Of a DNA stretch of 64,000 nt, positions 8,930 to 17,447 are shown piece by piece. The notes under the pieces are model-generated. The model was not told the origin of the DNA. It did no database searches and saw only the letters and a list, made by a program, of their open reading frames with translations. The DNA comes from Clostridia bacterium. GTDB taxonomy: Bacteria > Bacillota > Clostridia > Christensenellales > UBA1242. A program made the position numbers and the translations under genes. Location of the stretch: assembly GCA_900753315.1 (NCBI GenBank), contig CAADYP010000015.1, forward strand, positions 8,592 to 72,591, read 5' to 3'. The first letter of the stretch is position 1; every line of letters starts with the position of its first letter.

Positions 8930-9388
8930 GGATTTATACACATAAATTTCATTGTAAATAAATTTTAAAAAATTATAAAACCAAACTTAATAGAATATTC
9001 TGATTATAACTACTTATGACGCAAGTGTTGGCGTTAGTCCCGCCATTAGGGAGTAATCCGAACTTTTTAGTTTAGATTGCTCTTTTTTATTGCTTATTTT
9101 TAATGTGGCAGTCTTATTTGGTTTGAGTTTCTATAAAAATAATTTTCCTCTTTTTATCATTTTTTAATTATTAAAACTGCCATGCACTTTCTTGATTTTT
9201 TGAATTTATTTATGTAAAATAAGAATATGAAAAGGAACAAACATGAAAAATTATTATAATGTCGTTATTTTTCACTATTTTCTCCGTAAATATGTTAGTT
9301 AACATATTTTCATTATTACAAATTAAATTTTAAATTCAAAACGATTTTACAAAAAATCACTCCTGGGCAATAATAATTTATTTGTTAT

Positions 9389-9512
9389 ATCTATAATGTA
9401 ATATAAATATGCTATTTCAAAATTTTATTTAGAAGCCATTACGCCATTTTAACATATCGGTGATTGATTAAATAAATTTGCAAAACAAAAATTGCCGATA
9501 ACGGCAATTTTT
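9389..9512. repeat. Direct repeat copy A (~125 bp), ending in a hairpin terminator
   Basis: Aligns by eye with 16627-16750: 22/24 in the first block and 57/73 in the last block. Contains attacgccatttt and the hairpin attgccgataacggcaat flanked by A- and T-runs. Confidence 0.7.
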
Positions 9513-9623
9513 ATAAATAATTTACTTTAATCAAAGATTGTTGATTGTACTTCTTTTAATGATTTGTTTTGTTATTTTATTTATTCATAGGTGTATAATT
9601 AATTATTCGATTTATAAATTTAG

Positions 9624-11342
9624 TTAATAGGAAAATGCCGGATTTAAACCATTATCTATATTTACATACTGATCTGAACTTAAATTTAATTTAATGGGAT
9701 CTAGCGCCCCTACTATTATCATTTGCATTTCATTTTTTTCAACAAAATCTTTCATACAATCAATAATTTCGTTTGTCGGTTCTTTTTCGTCTACAAATTC
9801 TTGAACTACAGCATCAACACAAATATATTGTGCAAATGGCATGCCATTGAAATTATTTTTGATAAACACACACATTGCCATATAAGTTGCCAGTTGCCAC
9901 AAAGTCATCCTCGCTTTACTACCAGGTACATACGCAACTTCCACACTATTTCCATCATCATCGCGTTTAACTTCTATAGCTGATACAGATACTTTTGCAG
10001 GATTAAATCTTAGTTGAAAACTTTCTTTTTGCAAATCTTTTTTTACAAATTCCAATTTATCAAACTTTTTGTATATATTAGTAAGCAAAACATTGAAACT
10101 ATTTAGCGTTTTTTGATTAAAGCCATTACTTAACGTGTTAATGGTCTTATTGTTTTCTTGAATTGTTTTCTCTTTTTCTTTTATTTTCTCTTCTAAATTA
10201 TCTGCCCTATAATTTTGGAATGCATTATCTAAAATATTTACAATTTTCATTTTATCATCGTAAGAATATTTATCCAATCCTCTATTTATTTGGCCGATTT
10301 GCTTATCGATACCTGCTTTCCTCAATTTCAAATTCTCCAAACTTTTTTTATAATCTTTACCGTTCAAAAATAAAATGTCCTGTTTGTTTCTTAAAATATC
10401 TTGCTTCAAAATATTTACAACTTCTTTGTTGTCATCATTTTTAATTAAAATGCCGGAAAGCATTTCTAAAAGTTTGTTTGAATTATCAAGATCCTTCGTC
10501 TCATATTTGGACTGTTCTTCCAAAAACATTTGGTACTTAATTTCTTCAGCCAAAAGTTGGGAAGCTTTAATTAAATAAAGTAAATCTTTATTTTTGACTT
10601 CTTCCTTTTTAAGTGACAAGGTCTTTTGATATTCTTTAAACCGTTCTTTTAACTTCAAAATACTATCAGTGTTATTTAATGATAATTTCGACATATTTTC
10701 GCGAATAATTTTTTCACAATATATAGAACCATCATTAGATTGTCTTAACTCTTTAATCTCTTTTTCAAGTCTTGCATTCTCTGTTTTCAGTTTTGTTATT
10801 CGTAATACATTTTCTTTGTTAAAAATATATAACATTATTGATTTTATATTCAATAATTCTCCAATTTCCTTTGATTTTGGAAAAACATTGGTTATATCTG
10901 CAATACCGCTTTCAGGTAAATAATTGAACAAACTCAATGATCTATAGCTTATATTTTTCCCTGTTAATGCCTTATAATCATCAAGAACATCGTAATTATC
11001 TGCTATAATGAAACTTAAAATCTTCTCTTTATATTCCTCTATATTAATAACTCTAATGTATCTCTGATCTTCATCACTTAATTTATAAAAAAAGTTTTTT
11101 TCATCTCTACATAGCCACAGACATCTTTTATCTATTTCCATCCTTAGTTCGATTGAGTTTACACCCCTCATTGCTTGTTTGTTTGCATAATTATATTCAG
11201 AGTCACCCATCATAAAGTCAATTACATCCAAGAAAACAGTTTTACCCCTATCGTGGCGGCCATAAATATAGGAAAAATTATTCAATAAGATTTCCCTGTC
11301 ACCTTTATTCGTTTTCAAAATCAACTTAGAAAGTTTAAACAC
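9624..11342 (-). CDS. lmuB: LmuB-like SMC/ABC-type ATPase (DUF3732-like) of a Lamassu system
   Basis: N-terminal NFSYIYGRHDRGKTVFLDVIDFMMGDS is a Walker A in DUF3732-like context. A long central coiled-coil-like K/E/L-rich region follows. The C-terminal YICVDAVVQEF is Walker-B-like. The GTG start overlaps the lmuC stop by 8 nt and has a GGAGGTG RBS. Confidence 0.7.
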   Translation of the reverse strand: MFKLSKLILKTNKGDREILLNNFSYIYGRHDRGKTVFLDVIDFMMGDSEYNYANKQAMRGVNSIELRMEIDKRCLWLCRDEKNFFYKLSDEDQRYIRVINIEEYKEKILSFIIADNYDVLDDYKALTGKNISYRSLSLFNYLPESGIADITNVFPKSKEIGELLNIKSIMLYIFNKENVLRITKLKTENARLEKEIKELRQSNDGSIYCEKIIRENMSKLSLNNTDSILKLKERFKEYQKTLSLKKEEVKNKDLLYLIKASQLLAEEIKYQMFLEEQSKYETKDLDNSNKLLEMLSGILIKNDDNKEVVNILKQDILRNKQDILFLNGKDYKKSLENLKLRKAGIDKQIGQINRGLDKYSYDDKMKIVNILDNAFQNYRADNLEEKIKEKEKTIQENNKTINTLSNGFNQKTLNSFNVLLTNIYKKFDKLEFVKKDLQKESFQLRFNPAKVSVSAIEVKRDDDGNSVEVAYVPGSKARMTLWQLATYMAMCVFIKNNFNGMPFAQYICVDAVVQEFVDEKEPTNEIIDCMKDFVEKNEMQMIIVGALDPIKLNLSSDQYVNIDNGLNPAFSY

Positions 11343-11757
11343 AATTAGTCACCTCCGATAAAAATGATTTAAGTCCCAAACTCTTAATTTCATCAATAAA
11401 AATTTTTATTGAATTTTTCTCTAGTCGCTGATCTTTTACAAATATTACACTTTTATCTATTAATTCAATATCCTGGCCTTTAATTTTTACGATATTATTC
11501 TCCAACAAAATATTCATACTCTCTATGGCTTCTAGTAATTTTTCATAAGAAAATGCATTCCCCTTATTTAGTTCACTAAAATAGAAACTTATTACATCAT
11601 TTCTCTTAGTAGTAGAGCAATCAATATCTCTACAATAAATTAAACATATTGTACTGTAAATTATTTTACTCAACGATTTCAATTCAAAATTCTTTAATAA
11701 ATATAAATAAATGTTTATATAATTTGCGTAAGTTAACGACTTGCTAATTTTTATCAT
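11335..11757 (-). CDS. lmuC: LmuC-like small middle component
   Basis: 140-aa ORF sandwiched between lmuA and lmuB and overlapping both (14 nt and 8 nt). The call rests on position and size, not on motifs. Confidence 0.5.
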   Translation of the reverse strand: MIKISKSLTYANYINIYLYLLKNFELKSLSKIIYSTICLIYCRDIDCSTTKRNDVISFYFSELNKGNAFSYEKLLEAIESMNILLENNIVKIKGQDIELIDKSVIFVKDQRLEKNSIKIFIDEIKSLGLKSFLSEVTNCV

Positions 11758-12895
11758 CTATATCACCCCACTTAATTCTTGTATTATCATCAACCTCCTG
11801 GCTCGTCATATAAATATAACAACCTTTTTGTAAAAAAACACTTTCTCCCGCCTGTGAAATTATTTTGCTCTTAATGGGTGTTTGCGTGGTTGTGAAATAA
11901 ATATTCTTTGGGCTTTTTTCTTTACCGTAAAAATCCAATTTGTCTAAAGCATCTCGATAATTATTTTTAGCTTCCTCATGAGTAGACAACACTTTATTTA
12001 TATCTTTTTCTTTATAAAAATCTATTAATCTTCTATAAAACAACTCTCTCAACACATCTTCATATATTTGTTCATCTGATCTCTCCGCCAATCTTAATTG
12101 CTTGACTTCTAATTTATCTTCACTTAAAATTGATTCTATTTGTCTTTCTACCTTATTTTTATTTCTAAACTCAATAAAATCAGGGTCAAAGATTTCATTA
12201 CCATATTTCTGACATGCTAAGATCAAATATTTTGTAAAATCAACGTTTGAAATACTGTATCCCCATCTAGATTCTATGCTTGCAACCATTTCATTCGTTA
12301 TTTTTTGTTTGACAAAATCAAACCTTTCTTTCCTTGGAACAATTAAATCTTTATTAATATCTACGCAAAATCTACTATCAAAAATCTCATATTGTTCTCT
12401 TTTAATAGTTTCGATTGAATAATTATCAATTACATCATAATTATCTATTATATGATTAAGAATGTTATCTACGAAAGATGAATCTAAATCTTTTATTTTA
12501 TTATATGCCTTACGCTTAATTGTCCTTATATCCGCATCTTTAGCCTCTCCGATATGTTTTTTGAGTGCAGTAAAAAAGTTGGAATCAACATCAAAAGAAA
12601 CTTCTTTCTCCGAAATTAATTGATATCTATATTCTTTGTAAGAATCAAATGCAGTTTCTATTAACCAATTGTCAAAGATTTTATAAAAATCATCATCATC
12701 CAAATCCCCAGTTTTAACTTGAATAAGTATCTTTTTGTATGAGATAGACGCTAATTTATATTCAATATTTACATCATCAGATACTTCAAATCCTATATTA
12801 AAATCGCCGTTATTTATATTTTTTAGTAAGAATTTATAAAAAAACTCTTGTTGATATAGAAAACCTCTATAACTCGTAACTCCTGCTCCTGGCAT
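11744..12895 (-). CDS. lmuA: LmuA-like effector with an N-terminal Cap4/DUF4297-type nuclease domain
   Basis: N-terminus GAGVTSYRGFLYQQEFFYKFLL...FEVSDDVNIEY...IQVKTG fits the DUF4297 pattern (G-F-x-YQ, E-x-D, Q-x-K). GAGGTG RBS. Confidence 0.65.
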   Translation of the reverse strand: MPGAGVTSYRGFLYQQEFFYKFLLKNINNGDFNIGFEVSDDVNIEYKLASISYKKILIQVKTGDLDDDDFYKIFDNWLIETAFDSYKEYRYQLISEKEVSFDVDSNFFTALKKHIGEAKDADIRTIKRKAYNKIKDLDSSFVDNILNHIIDNYDVIDNYSIETIKREQYEIFDSRFCVDINKDLIVPRKERFDFVKQKITNEMVASIESRWGYSISNVDFTKYLILACQKYGNEIFDPDFIEFRNKNKVERQIESILSEDKLEVKQLRLAERSDEQIYEDVLRELFYRRLIDFYKEKDINKVLSTHEEAKNNYRDALDKLDFYGKEKSPKNIYFTTTQTPIKSKIISQAGESVFLQKGCYIYMTSQEVDDNTRIKWGDIDDKN

Positions 12896-12977
12896 TTTTC
12901 ACCTCTAAATCCATTATAACATAATTTTAACTTATCTGTATCAAATAAATTTAAATATTATTTAAATACTTTAGCGA

Positions 12978-15737
12978 TTAATGAATAATATTACTCGTAT
13001 AAAATTTTAATCCAAATTTGTTGGCCAACAATTGTGCATCTCTAATATTAAAATTCGACTTAAACCTTGAGATTGTTGTTTTTTCAGTTTCCGGAGTCCA
13101 ATATATTTTCAACAGTCTTTTTGTTCTTGTTATTGCAGTATAGAATACACTATGTGATATTTTCTCTTCAACATCGTGTGTAATTACAATTTTAACAGAA
13201 TCATATTCTAAACCTTGAGATTTGTGAATTGATGTAGCATAGGCCACTTGGAAAGGTATAATATTATCAGCATCTTCATCATCATAATCTGTAGTTTTTA
13301 CTTTTGTTATTCTAAACTTGATAATAGATTTCCCATCTATTACACTTACAATTTCAAAATTTGCATGACGATATTCCATTTTTTCAGTTAAGTCCACATT
13401 TATTTCAATTTGAAAATCTATCCAAAGATCATCTTTTTCTATCTTTACAATTTTTCCCTTCATATTGTTATAAACCAATCCATCAAACCGTTCAGTTTTA
13501 TTAAATAACACGGGATCATCAACCTTAAAAGTCCAAACATCCCAATAAATTGGTTTATTTACGTTGTTTGCTTGTAAAAATCTATTAATATTATTTATTC
13601 CATATAATCCATCATAATTCAAACACAAAATTATTTCATCAGTCGAATATGGAGTAAAAATCGAGTCATTCAAATCACTTGAGAATCCGTTTCTATCTAT
13701 TGCCTCTTGAATATCACACTGCAGAGTCCTAACATTTGACCATAATCTTAATAATTCTTCATCATTAGTTCTATGTATATCGGATAAATCTGTAATACAA
13801 TAATTAGGGACAAAATATCTAGCTAAGTTAAACCAATTACCAAATGAAATTGCTTCAATTTGATAAACATCACCAACAACAATTATTTGTTCACATTGTA
13901 TTTTTTCTAAAATCTTTCTCATGTCTTCATTACTTACAATGCTACATTCGTCTATAACCAATATATCATAATTAACCGAAAGGTCATTATTTATAAACTG
14001 ATAAATAGTTTCAAATTTAAAATTTTCGTTTTTATCAATTCTACCACTTAAATTATTTACAGCAGTATTTGTTTGGGATAGAAACAACATTGATTTATTA
14101 CTATAGAAGTCTGCAATATGATTAACAAGATAAGTTTTTCCTGTACCCGCAGGGCCGTAAATTAATGCAATTTTTGTTCTTTCAAATAGTGTCTTTAATT
14201 TAATCAACTTTTCTTCACTATCTATTTTTGTTTTTCCAATTTCATTATACCATTGATTAAAATCTTTACAATAATTATTTACTCCACCAGAAGACAATTC
14301 CTTAAACTTATTAATAATTGTTATTATGTCATCTTCATATTTCTGTATAAACAAATTATTATGTAGTTTATATATTTTTCTTCCTGGATGGCCATTGTAA
14401 ACAGTGTTATTATATTTCTCGATTAAACTATCTATTTCTTCAAAATTTTCTAAACTATCAATAGGAGTATATAAAGTCGATTCTCTTTCAACATTGTTGA
14501 CCAGTCTCCTTGCAAGCAATTCATGCTCATGGCCATCAATATCTATGCATTGCAATAAGTCAACAATCCTCATTCTATGTCCTAATAAAGATGTATTATA
14601 AGGCATTTCGTCAAAAGATATCGATCCATACTGTATGTACAAGTTTGACAACTTCCTATTTGGCCTAGTATCATATTGATCCTTTATTACATTATTGTTT
14701 AATCTTAGTAACAAACAGCATATAATATTTGATCCTGGCAATTTATTAAAAAATAGTTCTCTGCATTTATCCAAGCACTCAAAAATTTTTATTTTTTTAA
14801 CATCTGCCAAAATATCTCTCTTATTTATGTCATAAATATCTTTTTCAAGTTTTATTAATTCAACCAAACTGATTTTGTTTTCCGTCATAAATTCCATTAA
14901 ATTTGAATATTCTTTTCCATCTGTCCTTATTTCTTCATGAATTCCAAAAAGTTTCATAAAATTTTGAAATTCACACGGTCTTACAGAAACCATCCAACTA
15001 GTTAAAACATTAATAGGCATAGTCTTTCCAAAAATATAAACCGTTCTTCTTACATATTTAATATTTACAGCATAATTCTCAAAAACCTTTATCCTTGAAT
15101 AAACTATCATTCTATCATACTTAGTAGCATAATCATTTGCTGCGGATAAAGTAATTTCATAATATATGTCATTTTTAATTAAAATCTGATTAACTTTTTG
15201 CACATAATATCTATTACCATAAAATAAAGAACCCTTTTCTAGTGGCGTATTGTCAATAACACTTGTAATAGTTTCATAATAGTCTAAAAATTTAGGGTCT
15301 TGATATACTTGAAATTTGTATATGCTTCTTAATATATTTATGTTGTGATAATTTTTAAAATATTTTTTTAATTCTATAAGATACTCATAATACTTTAACA
15401 TAAGACGTTCAGAGATATCTTCATCTTCATAATAATGAGAAATGGAACCTTGCAACATATAATGAAATTTATGAATAAAATAAGTTTCTGGTTTACTTTT
15501 TATAAATCGTAATGACTCTTGAATTCTGTCATAATTATAATTAAGAGGCTCTCCTCTGTCTTTCATAAGAAGATATAATGATAAAGCTTCTACAAAATGT
15601 CTTAACGGCTCCAAAATATTTTTAGATACTTCAGCTCTGTTTTCTCTTGTAAACATGTCAAGTTCATCATTTATTTCCTTATTCATCTTATTTAGAACAT
15701 CACTTAAATTTCTCATATGTATGTACCTCGTAATCAT
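12978..15737 (-). CDS. RecD/TraA-like SF1 helicase with a ~520-aa unassigned N-terminal region
   Basis: C-terminal half has GPAGTGKT (I), LSQTNTAVNNL (Ia), LVIDECSIV (II), VVGDVYQIEAI (III), SIHKSQGLEYDSV (V) and YTAITRTKRLL (VI). I recognise no motif in the N-terminal half. The start may be the ATG at 15716, because a TGtTATAAT box overlaps the ATG at 15737. Confidence 0.75.
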   Translation of the reverse strand: MITRYIHMRNLSDVLNKMNKEINDELDMFTRENRAEVSKNILEPLRHFVEALSLYLLMKDRGEPLNYNYDRIQESLRFIKSKPETYFIHKFHYMLQGSISHYYEDEDISERLMLKYYEYLIELKKYFKNYHNINILRSIYKFQVYQDPKFLDYYETITSVIDNTPLEKGSLFYGNRYYVQKVNQILIKNDIYYEITLSAANDYATKYDRMIVYSRIKVFENYAVNIKYVRRTVYIFGKTMPINVLTSWMVSVRPCEFQNFMKLFGIHEEIRTDGKEYSNLMEFMTENKISLVELIKLEKDIYDINKRDILADVKKIKIFECLDKCRELFFNKLPGSNIICCLLLRLNNNVIKDQYDTRPNRKLSNLYIQYGSISFDEMPYNTSLLGHRMRIVDLLQCIDIDGHEHELLARRLVNNVERESTLYTPIDSLENFEEIDSLIEKYNNTVYNGHPGRKIYKLHNNLFIQKYEDDIITIINKFKELSSGGVNNYCKDFNQWYNEIGKTKIDSEEKLIKLKTLFERTKIALIYGPAGTGKTYLVNHIADFYSNKSMLFLSQTNTAVNNLSGRIDKNENFKFETIYQFINNDLSVNYDILVIDECSIVSNEDMRKILEKIQCEQIIVVGDVYQIEAISFGNWFNLARYFVPNYCITDLSDIHRTNDEELLRLWSNVRTLQCDIQEAIDRNGFSSDLNDSIFTPYSTDEIILCLNYDGLYGINNINRFLQANNVNKPIYWDVWTFKVDDPVLFNKTERFDGLVYNNMKGKIVKIEKDDLWIDFQIEINVDLTEKMEYRHANFEIVSVIDGKSIIKFRITKVKTTDYDDEDADNIIPFQVAYATSIHKSQGLEYDSVKIVITHDVEEKISHSVFYTAITRTKRLLKIYWTPETEKTTISRFKSNFNIRDAQLLANKFGLKFYTSNIIH

Positions 15738-15853
15738 TATAACAAATATTTATTTTTCTTACTATGGTTTCGACAAAAATCGCATAAAAAATTTTTTATT
15801 TATTTGTGATAGAAATTCATGTATATTGTGCTATAATATTTTTGAGGTTGAAT

Positions 15854-16570
15854 ATGTATTTAAAATTAAAAAATATATTAAATGAAATTTGCAAAAAGAT
15901 GCCTTATGTGATTTTTTATCACATAGACAATGATGAAGATAAATCTAACAACACTTATTATCGACTGTTTTTTGATAATTTTAAAACCATTGAATTGATT
16001 TGTAATGCAATAGATATTAAGGCATACACACAAGCAGGAACTTTATTAAGATCTTTAATAGAACAAGTTTCCACTTTACAAGTGTTATTAGAAAATCCCT
16101 CTATCCTAGATGAATATATTAAATTTGCAAAATTAAAACTACATTTAATAATAGATAAGGAAACTACAACACAGGAAGTTCTTAAATTAAAAAAAGATAG
16201 CAAAACTAAATCTAGCTTTATAAATTTTTGCGATTTTGGATGGTTAGAAAAATTAGGCGAAACTAATCTTTCAATAGATACAATAATAAAAAAAGCAAAT
16301 ATGGGCTCTTTGCCCATTTGGAGAACATATTGCAATAATTTCGTACACAACTCTTTATCATTCTTGCAATTAAATAATGATGGCATCAATTATTATGTTA
16401 AAAACTTTATTTATATTTCAGCATTATTATTTGACCATTTAGTTTGTCTTTTTCATAACCTTAATGGTTTTGACTTCACTTTTGATAATATTAATTATAG
16501 GGAAATTTTTATTAAGCAATACAAATATGTTACAGAAAAACAAAAACTAAATAATGATACCTTAGTGTAA
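15854..16570 (+). CDS. Hypothetical protein (238 aa), divergent from the helicase gene
   Basis: ATG at 15854 is preceded by GAGG and a TGcTATAAT box (15829-15837). The track start at 15806 is a GTG inside the promoter. No confident motif. Confidence 0.5.
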   Translation: MYLKLKNILNEICKKMPYVIFYHIDNDEDKSNNTYYRLFFDNFKTIELICNAIDIKAYTQAGTLLRSLIEQVSTLQVLLENPSILDEYIKFAKLKLHLIIDKETTTQEVLKLKKDSKTKSSFINFCDFGWLEKLGETNLSIDTIIKKANMGSLPIWRTYCNNFVHNSLSFLQLNNDGINYYVKNFIYISALLFDHLVCLFHNLNGFDFTFDNINYREIFIKQYKYVTEKQKLNNDTLV

Positions 16571-16626
16571 GTTTAATTTACATTACTTATTTATATGTAG
16601 ATTAGCTGATTTTATTATCATAATTT

Positions 16627-16750
16627 ATCTATAATGCAATAAAAATATGCCATTTTGGCATATTTGTTTTAAAATTATTACGCCATTTTGACATGTCGGC
16701 AATTAAGTTAACTAATACACAAAATAAAAATTGCCGTTACCGGCAAATTC
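16627..16750. repeat. Direct repeat copy B (~125 bp), ending in a hairpin terminator
   Basis: Partner of 9389-9512. Contains the dyad atatgcc-atttt-ggcatat (16645-16663), attacgccattttgacatgtcgg and the hairpin ttgccgttaccggcaa. On the - strand this acts as the terminator of the nucleotidyltransferase gene. Confidence 0.7.
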
Positions 16751-16793
16751 TTATCTTGCTAAATTATCTTAAATTATATAAAAAGAGAGGTAT

Positions 16794-17447
16794 TTACCTC
16801 TCCTTTTGTTGGAAGTTCCTTTTAAAAATTGTGTCTAAAGTTTGATAATAAACTATTCTGGATTTCTTGTCAGGTTCTTTATTTTTGTTTTCAAGATATA
16901 ATTTCTTTACATTCTGCCACAATCCATTATCTTTAATTAAGTTTTCAACATATCTATGATCGGTTGCAACTTTTCTTAAAGCCCAAGAATATGTGTTTGT
17001 GTTTTTATCAAACCTAACATACTCTTGCCTCTCTTTACCATCATCATCTTCATAATAACTAACAATTGCAAAATCAACACTGCATATTATTTTATTTCTA
17101 TTAGCATTTAATTTTTTAATTGTAATTACAGAAGTTGAATCTTCAGAATAGTCATAACTATCATCAAAATATCTATTAAATAATTTAACAAATATTTCTT
17201 TCAATAGTTTAGGATCTTCATATTTTTCATTCAATATTTTTTGAATTACAATATTGTAGTCCAAATCAAATCCTTTATTACCATTTTTAACTCTGGTTAT
17301 TAATTTTCTTCCGGCACTTCCAATTAAGTTGAATTGAAAAGTTAAAATTTTGTTTTTTCGCAAATATTTTTGAACTTCTCTTAATATTCCATCAACCTCC
17401 AACTTAAAAGGTTGATACTCGCCCTTCGGTACATATTCAAACGACAT
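16794..17447 (-). CDS. Small pol-beta-fold nucleotidyltransferase (SMODS/CD-NTase-like core)
   Basis: LIGSAGRKLITRVKNGNKGFDLDYNIV carries G-S followed by D-x-D. A third acidic residue lies in CSVDFAIV. 217 aa. Perfect AAGGAGG RBS. Confidence 0.6.
   Translation of the reverse strand: MSFEYVPKGEYQPFKLEVDGILREVQKYLRKNKILTFQFNLIGSAGRKLITRVKNGNKGFDLDYNIVIQKILNEKYEDPKLLKEIFVKLFNRYFDDSYDYSEDSTSVITIKKLNANRNKIICSVDFAIVSYYEDDDGKERQEYVRFDKNTNTYSWALRKVATDHRYVENLIKDNGLWQNVKKLYLENKNKEPDKKSRIVYYQTLDTIFKRNFQQKER

Noticed and set aside
9227-9312. Small hydrophobic peptide ORF (MKNYYNVVIFHYFLRKYVS) followed by the palindrome atatgtta-g-ttaacatat, considered as a type I toxin-like locus.
   Set aside because: There is no RBS, the peptide is very short, and such features arise easily by chance in AT-rich spacer DNA, so the evidence is insufficient.
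15854-16570. HEPN-like R-x-H motif in the 238-aa protein (RTYCNNFVH), which would make a HEPN/nucleotidyltransferase pair with 16794-17447.
   Set aside because: The spacing is R-x7-H rather than R-x4-6-H, the two genes are convergent rather than co-transcribed, and no other HEPN features are visible.
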